Numbered from the stretch's first letter, positions 10,601 to 20,026 are shown. The stretch: 64,000 nt of DNA from Candidatus Lindowbacteria bacterium RIFCSPLOWO2_12_FULL_62_27 (GCA_001784175.1 MFPR01000040.1:44955-108954), one strand, 5' to 3'. Notes: generated by a model not told the origin, from the sequence alone. Numbers and translations are program-made.

Positions 10601-10780
10601 CAGCCGCTCGCCTTTACGGAAACACGCCGGCGGCTTCTTTACCCGGACAATGGCGAGCGCTACCCGTGCGCGGCCCGCGTGGTGAACACGAAAACCGGAG
10701 GTGAATTCATCCTCGTGCCTGCGTCGCTGGCGGCATCTCCGGCCGGACCTGAACTTCTGCAGAAACTCAGAATCCATTGA
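7634..10780 (+). CDS. Exported (alpha/alpha)6-barrel glycoside hydrolase (GH78/GH63/GDE-like, unassigned) with a jelly-roll sugar-binding domain
   Basis: Start moved to ATG 7634 (ATGA overlap with the previous stop); motifs IWSRDLG, EWMDHSR, LYSNALF, VWPWWN and GLLGI; C-terminal WWEDH...GWGWYR...GRIDDDDWIFVNG...DYGGGGG module. Confidence 0.7.
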   Translation: MILLAAGAVLLMMETATSAIQFDRRAPEGLVGNGRSVVKVRPGGYEFFSGGKASGRIRVMIGGKRREIGAGDVRRSEFFPGGVIYSLNIDGVDLDVLHGALKEVAYVAAFRTRGTPPPDVQIDLESTETPAVSPSGRLDLSGKGGFLAVSTGSAPPAPQVPGSPTPADPSYSTNSWDDLRAAVEAPYLKGFQVRTPSPAVDRAARFCQFLLDLGFDGRLHVSELFRWRDIWSRDLGTGLAPGSLVGGRFDAARISIQYDLARYKAANPRGLRITEDASQGGSAEGTAWLTRAVWRDYLLSGDRAFLAEAAGTLRPWVRAWIDRDADEDGLVIDVTEWMDHSRFFLFPDGALGLYSNALFADLLGTFSKIEKELGDETAAAARLDALRRKTARAINDVLWNESAGAYDNLSIFGRNDQRLSSAENALAVLAGVAPPDRARRALQTVRDRNWRKAGSVTIAPAMTHVDDKNDQNVRVWPWWNAVEARARFRTGDTAGAVHLLEKCAATLEDEHYPGLIEELLTPEGVTEGGHAFLSAAGTFLDALYEGLLGIEILEAGCARIRVSPHTPDWKAWEAAVPLPGGDLSVSFADGVLRIRVTDPRVKVVEAPASAIVEGATRADFSVSPDPSESVFSESKIQNPKSKISDPKPRRAALFSEPGIPRSSAAGLPKQTINAEALLTLDPARTPALVIAGNALPRRTKSAGDVQNALARYLDGGGAIVFFGATMHDRGTMGEHGGVIDWYEHLPQLKYEPLAGWRFSISPDGPAAPQDKEHGLAKGWHRPDFDDREWKPIRVPGWWEDHLGRAQDGWGWYRTEFLLPESRKGKTVILDIGRIDDDDWIFVNGVPAGSDKGWQTRRLYHLKPGSPAHAALNFGGRNVVAVQVLDYGGGGGMHADPTKLAVETDEYSWQPINPKTGVVSEQPVRHGVVSWGPGGDFFNSWETSRGAFGFRIEGRNVSFDPEGPLKGLAPIAMTVHEAFTDFAVARPWQFQPLAFTETRRRLLYPDNGERYPCAARVVNTKTGGEFILVPASLAASPAGPELLQKLRIH
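8085..8134 (+). repeat. Double-hairpin interspersed element (GSAPPAPQVPGSPTPA), copy 1
   Basis: 45/50 nt identical to 17635-17684; partial copies at 14743-14761 and 27477-27498. Confidence 0.75.
9531..9562 (+). repeat. (AATCCAA)4 heptamer element, in-frame (SKIQNPKSKIS)
   Basis: One of 8 copies: 9531, 12915, 15985 and 47509 in this orientation; 13904, 26463, 31506 and 34118 reversed. Confidence 0.9.
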
Positions 10781-10801
10781 AACGACAGGAGACGAATCCC
10801 T

Positions 10802-13800
10802 ATGAAAAATCTATGGCTGGTGCTTTTCATGACGTCGGTCGCTGCGGCCGTTGAGCCGGCTTCGGCAAAAACGGTTTCCGGAATCCCGGAGAGCCTCTCG
10901 GGGTACTGGTTCTACTGGTCCGACCCCGACGGGACCCTTCGGGCGACGGACATCCAGCAGAGGATGGCGCAGGGCGAGAAACGCAAGATGCTCATCCCAT
11001 CAAATTGGTCGAGGCACGATCGAGATTTACTGAATTACAACGGCGTCGTCTGGTTCGCCCGCGCGTTCAACGCCAAAAAACCACGGCTGACCGAGCGGCT
11101 CTTTCTGCAGTTTGACGGCGTCGATTACGAGGCGGACGTTTTCCTCAACGGCCGGCCGGTAGGACGGCACACCGGATATTTCGAGCCGTTTCGGATCAAC
11201 ATCACCGATACGGTCCAGGCGGGTGAGAACCTCCTGATCGTCCGCGTCAACAGCCCGAGGGACGAGGGATACGCCGACAAGAAAACTCTGATCAAGGGAA
11301 TCTTTGTTCATCACGACTGCCGCCCCGGGTCCAATTCCGGCCAGCAGAATCAGAACGAGCCCACCGGCGGCATCTGGGGAGATGTCCGGCTGGTCCGGAC
11401 GGGGCCGGTGGCGGTTGAGGGCGCGCGGATCATGACGGAACTCAAAGACGGCAAAGGCAGGATCACCGCGCGGTACCGGCTCCGCAACTACTCGGCCTCC
11501 ACGCAGTATCCGCGCCTGAATCTTTCCGTGGCCGGCAAAACCTTCGAGTCGACGCCGGTCAAGGGCCGCGCCAACGTCAAGATCAATCCCGGCGCGATGG
11601 AGGAAGCGGTCGTGACGCTGGACGTTCCCGACCCCCGCCTCTGGTGGACCTGGGACCACGGCCGGCCTGATCTCTATCGGGTCGTCGCCCAGCTCGTGTT
11701 CGAGGGCGTGGTGACGGAGACGCGCGAGGATGCGGTCGGGTTTCGGACCATCGAGTTCGACGAGAAGGCCCTCATCATGAAACTCAACGGCCGCCCCGTG
11801 TTTCACCGAGGTTCCAACTACATCGCGACGCAGTGGCTGGCCGGGTACGGCAGGGAACAGTTTCAAAAGGACATCGATCTCATGAAAGGCGCCAACCTTA
11901 ACTCGATTCGTGTCCACGCGCATGTTCTGCCCCACACGTTTTACGATCTCGCCGACGAGTCGGGCGTCCTCGTCTGGGCCGATTTCGCGCTCATCTGGGG
12001 ATACGACCCCTCCGAATCCTTCGCGCGCGATGCGCTCCGGCAGTACCGCGCGTTCATCGACGGCTGGTTTCACCATCCGTCCATCTGGCTCTGGTGCGCG
12101 CACAACGAAGGCAGCGCCAACGATCCGCTGAACATCCGGCTGGTCGAAATGGCCCGCAGTCTCGACCCCACGCGCGTGCACCTTAAAAACTCCGGCAAGT
12201 GGCCGCCCGGCCCGGGCGGCTGGGACGAACACGAGTATGCGGGGTGGTATGGGGGAAACTATTTGGAATTCGCGGACAAGCAGCATCAGTTCGTCACCGA
12301 ATACGGCGCCCAGGCTGCGCCGGCGGGCTTCGAAAAAATTCTCGCCTCGGGCCACCGCTGGCCGCCGGATCTGGACGACTGGCGTTACCATGATTTCCAG
12401 CTGACTGAAAATCTCCGGAACCTCGGCCCGCTGGAACTTTTCAACAGCGTCGCGGATTTTGTCGAAACCAGCCAGAAATACCAGTACGACCTGCTGAAAT
12501 TCTCGACAGAGGCGTATCGCCGGACAAAGTATCGCCCGCTCGGTGGCATCTACCACTTCATGTTCACCGAATGCTGGCCCGCCATGACCTGGGCGGTCGT
12601 CGATCACGAGCGCGCGCCCAAGCTCGGCTATCACGCGCTGCGCGACGCCATGGCGCCTGTGATTGTTTCTCTGGAAGTTCGCCGGCGCGAGGTTGCGCCG
12701 GGCGAAACGATTGATATCCCGGTCTGGGTCGTGTCCGACCTCGACGAACCCCTGAAGAACTGGCGCGTCCGGTTCGGCGTAGAGGGCGGCGAAGCGCAGA
12801 CATCGGAAGTCAGCTTGGGCGCGGACGCGGCCATGCAGGTCGCCGTTCTCAAAGTGACGGCGCCTGAAACGCCCGGCACGTCCGTTCGAATTTTCTCCGA
12901 ACTGTTTGACTCCGAATCCAAAATCCAAAATCCAAAATCCAAAATCTCAATGTCCGAGTGGGGTTTCGTCGTAAAGAGCGATCCCTTTCGGCTCGGCCAC
13001 TGGACCTTCCGCACCGGCGACGACATGGCTTGGGCGAAGGGCGACGCGGCGCCGGAGGGATTCAAGCCCATCAAGGTTCCCGGCAACTGGGAAAACGACG
13101 GGTATCCGGATTACGACGGATACGGCTGGTACCGCGCGACATTCGTCGTGCCGCCAGCGCACAAGGGAGAACTGCAACTCATGCTGGGGCCCGTCGACGA
13201 CGTGGACGAATTGTACGTCAACGGCGAGTTCGTGGGCCGGACGGGCCGGTTCCCGCCGAATTACGAGACGGCCTGGACCGCGGAACGCGCGTACATGATT
13301 CCGGAAAAATTGTTGCGGAAGGACCGCCCAAACGTGATCGCGATCCGCGTCTATGATTCTACCGGCGGCGGCGGGCCTTACAAGGGTCCCGTCAAACTGA
13401 TCGTTCCGGTCGGAGTCGATCTTGCGTCCGACCGGTGGCGGCTGAAACACGGGGACGATCCGGCGTGGAGCGATCCGGCCTTCAACGACAAGGATTGGAA
13501 ACGCGTCCGCGTGCCGCAGACGTGGGAGGGTACGCTGGGGGAAGTCGACGGATTTGGGTGGTATCGGTTGAAATTTGATGTCCCCCCCTCCGCGCTGCCG
13601 GCGGGCCCTCTGACGCTGACCATCGGCGCGGTCGATGACGTCGATGCGACGTATCTGAACGGCAAAAAAATCGGCCAGACCGGCGAGTTCCCGCCGTCGA
13701 CGGGCGGCGGCGCCACATGGACCACGATGCGGAGATACTTTTTGCCGAGAGACCTTTTGCGCGCGAAGGACAACGTCCTCGCGGTGCGCGTCTACGACGG

Positions 13801-13894
13801 CGGCGGTGGCGGCGGCATATGGCAGGGCCCGGTCCGCATCGACGCGATGGACGCGAGCCTCCGGTACCGGCCGGTGAGGGCCACGTACCCATGA
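10802..13894 (+). CDS. Exported GH2 (beta-mannosidase/exo-glycosidase-like) with two C-terminal jelly-roll sugar-binding domains
   Basis: FDGVDYEADVFLNG, LWWTWDHGRPDLY, NLNSIRVHAH, acid/base motif WCAHNE and nucleophile motif VTEYGAQ; RBS AGGAG. Confidence 0.85.
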   Translation: MKNLWLVLFMTSVAAAVEPASAKTVSGIPESLSGYWFYWSDPDGTLRATDIQQRMAQGEKRKMLIPSNWSRHDRDLLNYNGVVWFARAFNAKKPRLTERLFLQFDGVDYEADVFLNGRPVGRHTGYFEPFRINITDTVQAGENLLIVRVNSPRDEGYADKKTLIKGIFVHHDCRPGSNSGQQNQNEPTGGIWGDVRLVRTGPVAVEGARIMTELKDGKGRITARYRLRNYSASTQYPRLNLSVAGKTFESTPVKGRANVKINPGAMEEAVVTLDVPDPRLWWTWDHGRPDLYRVVAQLVFEGVVTETREDAVGFRTIEFDEKALIMKLNGRPVFHRGSNYIATQWLAGYGREQFQKDIDLMKGANLNSIRVHAHVLPHTFYDLADESGVLVWADFALIWGYDPSESFARDALRQYRAFIDGWFHHPSIWLWCAHNEGSANDPLNIRLVEMARSLDPTRVHLKNSGKWPPGPGGWDEHEYAGWYGGNYLEFADKQHQFVTEYGAQAAPAGFEKILASGHRWPPDLDDWRYHDFQLTENLRNLGPLELFNSVADFVETSQKYQYDLLKFSTEAYRRTKYRPLGGIYHFMFTECWPAMTWAVVDHERAPKLGYHALRDAMAPVIVSLEVRRREVAPGETIDIPVWVVSDLDEPLKNWRVRFGVEGGEAQTSEVSLGADAAMQVAVLKVTAPETPGTSVRIFSELFDSESKIQNPKSKISMSEWGFVVKSDPFRLGHWTFRTGDDMAWAKGDAAPEGFKPIKVPGNWENDGYPDYDGYGWYRATFVVPPAHKGELQLMLGPVDDVDELYVNGEFVGRTGRFPPNYETAWTAERAYMIPEKLLRKDRPNVIAIRVYDSTGGGGPYKGPVKLIVPVGVDLASDRWRLKHGDDPAWSDPAFNDKDWKRVRVPQTWEGTLGEVDGFGWYRLKFDVPPSALPAGPLTLTIGAVDDVDATYLNGKKIGQTGEFPPSTGGGATWTTMRRYFLPRDLLRAKDNVLAVRVYDGGGGGGIWQGPVRIDAMDASLRYRPVRATYP

Positions 13895-14415
13895 AAAGCC
13901 GGAGATTTTGGATTTTGGATTTTGGATTTTGGATTTCAAACATTCCAAACATGATCTGGATCGTGCCGGCGCTCACGATCGGATGCGCCGCGCCGAAGGC
14001 CGATCTGCAGCGGCCCGACGTGACGATGCCCAAGCGCCTGGAAGTCGTCGGAGCGTCGGCGTCCGGCCAGGAGTCCGACGATGTGCGAGCGATGAATGCG
14101 TTCGACGGCGATGCGAAAACCCGCTGGTCGTCCCCGCATGCCGACCACCAGTGGCTGGTGGCGGATCTCGGGTCGGACCGCACCGTGATCGGTGTCAAGC
14201 TCGTGTGGGAGGCCGCGTTCGGAGAGGAGTATCGCGTGGAGGGATCCTTGAACAACGAGGATTGGTCCAAACTCGCAACGGTCCGGGGCGGGGACGGCGA
14301 GGAGGACCAGATCGAGTTTCGCCCGGCCAAGCTGCGGTACCTGCGGATCAACTGTGTCCGCCGCGGCACGGAGTATGGATTTTCCCTGTATGAGGTCCAA
14401 GTCTGGGGATTTTAA
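13891..14415 (+). CDS. Lipoprotein with a single F5/8 (CBM32) domain
   Basis: ATG 13891 overlaps the previous TGA; lipobox-like LTIG-C; AFDGDAKTRWSS...WEAAFGEEY...RGTEYGFSLYEV. Confidence 0.75.
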   Translation: MKSRRFWILDFGFWISNIPNMIWIVPALTIGCAAPKADLQRPDVTMPKRLEVVGASASGQESDDVRAMNAFDGDAKTRWSSPHADHQWLVADLGSDRTVIGVKLVWEAAFGEEYRVEGSLNNEDWSKLATVRGGDGEEDQIEFRPAKLRYLRINCVRRGTEYGFSLYEVQVWGF

Positions 14416-14437
14416 AAAACATGTGCGCCATTCACCT

Positions 14438-14544
14438 CCTCTCCCCCCGCAGGGGGGAGAGGATTGAGGTGAGGGGGGTGGCCGGCGTCGATAAAATCCT
14501 GCCACCCTCACCCCAACCCTCTCCCGCCAGAGGCGGGAGAGGGG
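14438..14544. repeat. Inverted pair of CCCTCTCCC-type REP-like palindromes (intergenic)
   Basis: Copies at 14438-14477 and 14505-14544 in opposite orientation; a partial copy of the left unit recurs at 22431-22455. Confidence 0.8.
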
Positions 14545-14561
14545 GGACACAGTTGCGAAAC

Positions 14562-17500
14562 ATGATATTTTGGAGTCTGAGCTGTCTCCTCCTGTCATCG
14601 GCCACGGTCGCGGACGCGGTCGAGTCGCTCCGGAACGTGTCGCTGTCCGCCAAGCCAACCGCGTCTTCTCAGTTCGATGCCGCGTCGGGCCCGCGCAACG
14701 CCATCGATGCGTCGCGGCGATCCACCTGGATCCCCGCGACCGCCGGGTCAGCGCCTCCGGCCGGAGAGGAGTGGCTGCTCCTTGAATTCGACCGCGAGGA
14801 AAACCTGCGGCGCGCGGTCCTGAACTGGGAGTTTTCCCTCAAGGCGAACTGGCGCATCGAAATTTTGCGCGGCGGGATGTGGACCGAAGCGGCGCGCGGC
14901 GTCAAGGACGGAACCGCAACGCGGATCGTCGAACTTGGAGGAAAGCGCGCGGACAAGGTGAAGCTCGTCTGCTCGGGCGCCACGCCCATGGCCTGCTCGC
15001 TGGCGGACTTCCAAGTCTGGGCGGTCGAATCGGATGTGTTTGGCGGGACGTTGGAACCGGCGGCACCGGCGCCGCCAAAATCTGAACCGGCGAAACCCCA
15101 GCCGTCCGCACCAGTCCCTGTCTTCGTCCCCGTTCCGGCGCCACCCAAGCCTCCGAAACCCGCTCCTCCACCACCGGCCGTTCCGAAACGCGAACCGGCG
15201 CCGATCCTGTCCCGGGTTCAGGCTCCGTCCAAACTCCTCGCGCCCCCGCCGCCGGCCGCAAAGAAAGCGAGCGCGCCCAGCCCCAGCCCGATTTTGCCGA
15301 TCCCTTCTCCGGTTTCTCCCCCCTTTACAAGGGGGGATCAAGGGGGGTCCGGTCTCGGGTCACGGCCGCCGGCCGACGTTCGGCCGCATCTCACGACGCT
15401 TGTAGAATCGTTTGACAATATATTGGAAAGCGTGCCCTTGGGCGCCGCGCCGGTGGCGGAGGCGTCCGAAGGCTGCGTGATGCAGGGCGCCGTGACGGGT
15501 GGCGGCTGGGGCCGGGGCGGAAGGGGCGAGGCGTACCGGGCGCGGTTCGTGGTCGTGCCGGACGGCGTCGCGACGCTGAGCCAGAAATTGAAATCGTCGG
15601 CCCCGAGCGGATGGTCGGAACTCTCCTTCTGGGTCAGAGGGTCATGGGCGGCCGGCGCCCCGCTCGAAGTCGTTCTCGCGGACGACGCAAACCAACAGGC
15701 GGCCTTGGCGGCGCCCGGAACGGAAGGCGGCAGTGCGCTCTGGCGCCAGATTAAAATCCCAGCCGGCGCCGTCAAGAAAATCAATCGCGACCGCATCAAG
15801 TCCTATATCCTCCGGTTCACGCCGGCGCATCAGGCGGGAGAAGTCTACATCGACGACATTTATCTCCACGGCGGCGCCGCACCGGGGAAGCCCCGCTCCT
15901 CCGCGGCGGATCCAAAGAAGGCTTCCGCCTCCATCTCTCCAGAACCTCCGGCCTCTATCCCTGTTTCCGACCTCGATCCGCCAGAATCTAAAATCCAAAA
16001 TCCAAAATCCAAAATCTCAAATGTTTTACCGGAGGTTCGCCCCTTCACCTACGACCCCAAAGACCGGCAGGCGGTCCACGAGATGCTGTTGGCGGCCGCC
16101 ATGAACGACCCGAAAACATCGGAGGGCCTCTCGGACGACGAATTTCTTGATCTGGTCGAACGCCGCGCGTTTTTGTATTTCTGGTATGGCGCCAATCCCG
16201 AAAACGGGATCACGCTGGATGGCGCGAAAAACTGGAAACCGGACGATGACCTCGACTGGAATTCGATCGCGGCGGTCGGGTTCGGCCTCACCGCCATCTG
16301 CATCGGCGCCGAACGCGGGTGGATCTCCAAAGAGATGGCTTACGAGCGGTGCCGCGTGACGCTCGACGCCTACTTGAACAAAATACAGAACAACCACGGG
16401 TTTTATTATCATTTCACCAATCGCAAGGGCATGAACGACCGCAATACCGAGCTTTCGTCGATCGACTCCCTCCTCATGTTTTGCGGGATGCTCTTCGCCG
16501 CTGAGTATTTCAAGAGCACGGAGGTCGAGAAAATGGCCCGGCAGATTTTTGAGCGGGTCGACTGGCGGTGGATGCACGACAACCGTAAGTTCGCGTCAAT
16601 GGCGGTGGACCCCGGCGGTAAATTTAATCCCGCAAGCTGGGACCGGCACTGCGAAGGGCAGATCCTGTCCATCCTCGAACTCGGGCATCCCCAAAACATG
16701 CCGACAGACCTCTGGTTCGACATGCCGGAACAATACGGCACATATCGGGGGTACCGCAGCCTCAACCAGGGGCCGCTCTTTACGTTTCAGTTTCCGTCCA
16801 ACTGGATCGATTTCAGGGACCGCAACGACGGGGCCGTCAATTTCTGGGAGAACGGGATCGAAGCGACGCTGGCCAACCGCTTTTACGCCATTGAAAAAAT
16901 GCCTGAACGCAAGGGGTACGGCCCGAACTCGTGGGGATTCACCGCCGGCGATTTCCCCGGCGGATACCATGCGTTTGCCGCTCCGCCCTCTTATCCGGGC
17001 GAGGACGGCACCGTCACGATCAACGCGGCGGGCGGATCTGTCATATTCACGCCGCATCTGTCCACCCAGGCGCTCCGATGGATGTACGACAACCTGCACG
17101 ACAAAGTCTGGGGCAAGTACGGGTTTACGGACGGATACAACCTCGACAAGAACTGGTCCTGCGACCGCGTGATCGGGATTGGCACAGGACCCGTTCTCCT
17201 CTCCATTGAAAATCACCGCACCGGATTCGTCTGGAAATATTTCATGCAGAACGACTATGTCAAACGCGGCATGGAACGCGTTGGCTTTAAGGACGAGCCG
17301 CGCCGGACCGCCAAAGCCCGGCCGCTGGACCTTGCCGGATACTGGAAATGGAAACCCGGCGACAACAAAACGTGGAGCAAGCCCGAGGTCGACGACTCCG
17401 GCTGGCGCGACATGTACGCGCCCGACAAGTGGGAAGTACAGCTCACGCAGGACGGCGACCGCAAGATGGCCGAGTACGACGGGTTCGGCTGGTACCGCCG

Positions 17501-17867
17501 CCGCTTCACCGTGCCGCTGGATACGTGGGAATCCTGGAAAGGTCAGGACCTGTTTTTCCACGCCGGCGCGATCGACGACGCCGACGAGGTCTTCCTGAAC
17601 GGCGAGAAGATCGGTTCGACCGGATCGATGTCCGCCGGGTCAGCGTCTCCGACGCCCCAAGTGTCGGCGTCTCCGACGCCGACCGGCGGGGAGAGCGCTT
17701 GGGAAAAACCGCGCAAGTACGCAGTCCCGCGCAAGCTCGTCAAGGTCGGCGAAGACAACGTGATCGCCGTGCGTGTCTTCGACGCCGCCGGCGGCGGCGG
17801 CCTCTGGATGCGCCCGGTCGAGCTGGGCCCGTTCCTGCCGCTCGATTTCAAACCCTGGAAGCTATAA
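14562..17867 (+). CDS. Exported F5/8 + Pro-rich linker + CBM11-like + GH144-like domain + jelly-roll sugar-binding domain
   Basis: Start moved to ATG 14562 because the upstream part of the ORF is REP sequence; motifs DDEFLDLVERRAFLYFW, SIAAVGFGL, ELSSIDS, WDRHCE, GPLFTFQF, DGTVTINAAGGS and IENHRTGFVW. Confidence 0.85.
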   Translation: MIFWSLSCLLLSSATVADAVESLRNVSLSAKPTASSQFDAASGPRNAIDASRRSTWIPATAGSAPPAGEEWLLLEFDREENLRRAVLNWEFSLKANWRIEILRGGMWTEAARGVKDGTATRIVELGGKRADKVKLVCSGATPMACSLADFQVWAVESDVFGGTLEPAAPAPPKSEPAKPQPSAPVPVFVPVPAPPKPPKPAPPPPAVPKREPAPILSRVQAPSKLLAPPPPAAKKASAPSPSPILPIPSPVSPPFTRGDQGGSGLGSRPPADVRPHLTTLVESFDNILESVPLGAAPVAEASEGCVMQGAVTGGGWGRGGRGEAYRARFVVVPDGVATLSQKLKSSAPSGWSELSFWVRGSWAAGAPLEVVLADDANQQAALAAPGTEGGSALWRQIKIPAGAVKKINRDRIKSYILRFTPAHQAGEVYIDDIYLHGGAAPGKPRSSAADPKKASASISPEPPASIPVSDLDPPESKIQNPKSKISNVLPEVRPFTYDPKDRQAVHEMLLAAAMNDPKTSEGLSDDEFLDLVERRAFLYFWYGANPENGITLDGAKNWKPDDDLDWNSIAAVGFGLTAICIGAERGWISKEMAYERCRVTLDAYLNKIQNNHGFYYHFTNRKGMNDRNTELSSIDSLLMFCGMLFAAEYFKSTEVEKMARQIFERVDWRWMHDNRKFASMAVDPGGKFNPASWDRHCEGQILSILELGHPQNMPTDLWFDMPEQYGTYRGYRSLNQGPLFTFQFPSNWIDFRDRNDGAVNFWENGIEATLANRFYAIEKMPERKGYGPNSWGFTAGDFPGGYHAFAAPPSYPGEDGTVTINAAGGSVIFTPHLSTQALRWMYDNLHDKVWGKYGFTDGYNLDKNWSCDRVIGIGTGPVLLSIENHRTGFVWKYFMQNDYVKRGMERVGFKDEPRRTAKARPLDLAGYWKWKPGDNKTWSKPEVDDSGWRDMYAPDKWEVQLTQDGDRKMAEYDGFGWYRRRFTVPLDTWESWKGQDLFFHAGAIDDADEVFLNGEKIGSTGSMSAGSASPTPQVSASPTPTGGESAWEKPRKYAVPRKLVKVGEDNVIAVRVFDAAGGGGLWMRPVELGPFLPLDFKPWKL
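15317..15347. repeat. REP-like palindrome CCCCCCTT-TAC-AAGGGGGG, in-frame in the Pro-rich linker
   Basis: tcccccctttacaaggggggatcaagggggg, translated SPPFTRGDQGG. Confidence 0.6.
17635..17684 (+). repeat. Double-hairpin interspersed element, copy 2 (GSASPTPQVSASPTPT)
   Basis: Perfect stems GCGTC-TCC-GACGC and GTCGGCGTC-TCC-GACGCCGAC. Confidence 0.75.
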
Positions 17868-17870
17868 ATC

Positions 17871-18407
17871 GTGGAACCGAAAACTTGGGGCGTGAGCGTG
17901 ATTGTTGCGCTCCTCATGAACATCCTGGGTCTTGGCGCCGGGCTTGAGCCGCCCCGGTATGAGATGTCACTCGAAGGGCAGTGGAAGCTGTCGGCGGGGG
18001 ACAACTACGAATGGAAATCGCCCGAGTTCAATGATGAGAGCTGGAAAAACGCGCAGGTGCCCGCCGCTTGGGAGTCCCAGGGGCTGACCGATTACAACGG
18101 ATACGGCTGGTACCGCTACACGTTCGTCGTTCCCAAAGAGTGGGAAAAAACGGCGCGTGGGTTCATCCTCGACGCGGGACAGATCGACGACGAGGACATC
18201 ACGTTCGTGAACGGCCATGACGTCGGCTCCTCCTCGGGCTGGGACGTGTCCCGGTCCTACGGCGTCCCCAAATCTCTCATCAAGTTCGGCGAAAAAAATG
18301 TGATCGCCATCCGCGTCTACGACCGCACCGGCGGCGGCGGGATCCACAAAGGCCCGGTGAAGCTACGCAGCGGCGTCGTCGGCCGGTTCGACGTCGAAGG
18401 CTATTGA
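17871..18407 (+). CDS. Exported stand-alone beta-galactosidase-type jelly-roll sugar-binding protein (copy 1)
   Basis: N-terminal hydrophobic segment; LEGQWKLSAGD...VPAAWESQG...GWYR...GQIDDED...IRVYDRTGGGG. Confidence 0.75.
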   Translation: MEPKTWGVSVIVALLMNILGLGAGLEPPRYEMSLEGQWKLSAGDNYEWKSPEFNDESWKNAQVPAAWESQGLTDYNGYGWYRYTFVVPKEWEKTARGFILDAGQIDDEDITFVNGHDVGSSSGWDVSRSYGVPKSLIKFGEKNVIAIRVYDRTGGGGIHKGPVKLRSGVVGRFDVEGY

Positions 18408-18507
18408 TGTTTGGATTTCCCGTCAGTCCTTGGGTGTGGAGATAGATCAATCGTTTCGATCGTTTCTGAACACAAGTTCAGAAAAATAAAGTAGGAGGTG
18501 ATTCCAG

Positions 18508-19341
18508 ATGAGAGTAGTTATTTGTTGTCTTATGCTTGTTGCAGTTTTATCCGTGACAGCGTTTGCGGTCGATGTATTCTACGACGATGTATTAATTTCA
18601 GGTTCAACAGGATTTAACGCACCTGGAGAAACTGCCACTTTGTACCTAGGAGATTTCAATAACAGAGTGAATGCTGTTTGGGGATCTGGTTTGCGTTTTT
18701 CCGCATACAATGCGGAAGACCTACTTGTGTTAAATGAAGTAACGGGCAATGTGGGTATCGGGACAGTCTCTCCACAACATAAAATTCATGTTTTCGATGA
18801 CACCAATCCCCGAATTGAGATCGAGGCCAAGTCGGGTATCGTCCCGCTCAGTTCCGAATTGAACCTTGTCACACAACAAGGGGACAGCCCCGCAAAATTT
18901 GTCAATCTCTTTGCAGACGAGCAAGGGAAATTCGGCATTTGGACCGGAGGGCCGGGTGGTGCAGGCTCCACAAAGCTGACTTTGACCTCACAGGGGGACC
19001 TAGATGTTACAGGAAAGATCAACAGCGGGAGTAAAGGCTTGGTCTACTCCACGACAACAGGTTTGAAGAAAATGGTGACTACATCCGTCAGCGTCAACAC
19101 AAGTATTTCAGGTGGCTCCTCGGGTGGCGCTCCTGCGACTGTGTCCTTTAATTTCTCTGAATCGTTTTCAGGAACACCTGTCGCTTGGGTTGGAGATATC
19201 ACTGCTGGATTACCAAGTTTTTTCATTTTCACTCTCAAAGATGTCACCAGTACCGGTGGAACGCTCTCTATATCGAATCCAACATCTAGCTCCGCAACGT
19301 GTAATGTGACCATAAGAATCGTGGCGTTGGGTTCAGAGTGA
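18508..19341 (+). CDS. Low-GC exported tail-fibre/adhesin-like protein
   Basis: Strong RBS AGGAGGT; signal peptide; GNVGIGT motif; Ser/Thr-rich C-terminal beta domain (FSESFSGTP...IVALG); visibly AT-richer than its neighbours. Confidence 0.55.
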   Translation: MRVVICCLMLVAVLSVTAFAVDVFYDDVLISGSTGFNAPGETATLYLGDFNNRVNAVWGSGLRFSAYNAEDLLVLNEVTGNVGIGTVSPQHKIHVFDDTNPRIEIEAKSGIVPLSSELNLVTQQGDSPAKFVNLFADEQGKFGIWTGGPGGAGSTKLTLTSQGDLDVTGKINSGSKGLVYSTTTGLKKMVTTSVSVNTSISGGSSGGAPATVSFNFSESFSGTPVAWVGDITAGLPSFFIFTLKDVTSTGGTLSISNPTSSSATCNVTIRIVALGSE

Positions 19342-19391
19342 AGCATTCCACATATTATTGATAGCTGTTAGAGCGTTTGGTTTGCCTTAAA

Positions 19392-19426
19392 TTATCCCTC
19401 TCCCGTCCTATGCGGGAGAGGGATAA
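19392..19426. repeat. CCCTCTCCC-type palindrome, possible terminator
   Basis: TTATCCCTCTCCCG-tcctatg-CGGGAGAGGGATAA inverted repeat downstream of 19341. Confidence 0.6.
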
Positions 19427-19467
19427 AAGGGGAATGGATATGACAAGAAGGGAGGGACTTTATAGAT

Positions 19468-20001
19468 ATGGCGCCAAAAACTTGTGGTATTGGTGTAATT
19501 GTTTCGCTTCTGATCAGTATTCTCGGATTAGGAACCACCTTTGAGCAACCGAAATTCGAGATTGGCTTGGAAGGACAGTGGTTGTTGTCGGCAGGGGACA
19601 ATTACGAATGGAAGTTGCCCGAGTTTCATGCCGAGGGCTGGAAGACCACGCAGGTGCCTGCCGCGTGGGAGTCCCAAGGACTGACCGATTACAACGGGCA
19701 TGGCTGGTACCTGTACACCTTTGTCGTCCCCAAAGAGTGGGAGAAAACAGCCCGCGAGTTTATCCTCGACATGGGCCAGATTGACAACGAAGATGTCACG
19801 TATGTAAACGGCCAAGACGTCGGTTCTACCAGCGGCTGGAACGTACTCCGTTCCTACGGGATACCGAAACCCCTTGTGAAATTCGGAGAAAAAAACGTCA
19901 TCGTGGTCCGCATCTACGACCGCACAAGCGGCGGCATTCTTCGGGGTCCGATCAAACTCCGCAGCGGCGGCGTTGGCCGATTCGACGTCGAAGGCTATTA
20001 A
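19468..20001 (+). CDS. Jelly-roll sugar-binding protein (copy 2, paralog of 17871-18407)
   Basis: About 75% identical to copy 1 by manual alignment, with the same GRFDVEGY end. Confidence 0.75.
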   Translation: MAPKTCGIGVIVSLLISILGLGTTFEQPKFEIGLEGQWLLSAGDNYEWKLPEFHAEGWKTTQVPAAWESQGLTDYNGHGWYLYTFVVPKEWEKTAREFILDMGQIDNEDVTYVNGQDVGSTSGWNVLRSYGIPKPLVKFGEKNVIVVRIYDRTSGGILRGPIKLRSGGVGRFDVEGY

Positions 20002-20026
20002 AATCAAAGCCGACAATTCCAAAACG

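Noticed and set aside
14421-14561. N-terminal extensions of several ORF-track calls (14421, 22420, 7520, 13717, 26264, 27315, 34008, 39043, 48419, 49879, 53919, 59149)
   Set aside because: They are repeat-derived or overlap upstream genes; downstream starts with an RBS or stop/start overlap and a signal peptide fit better.
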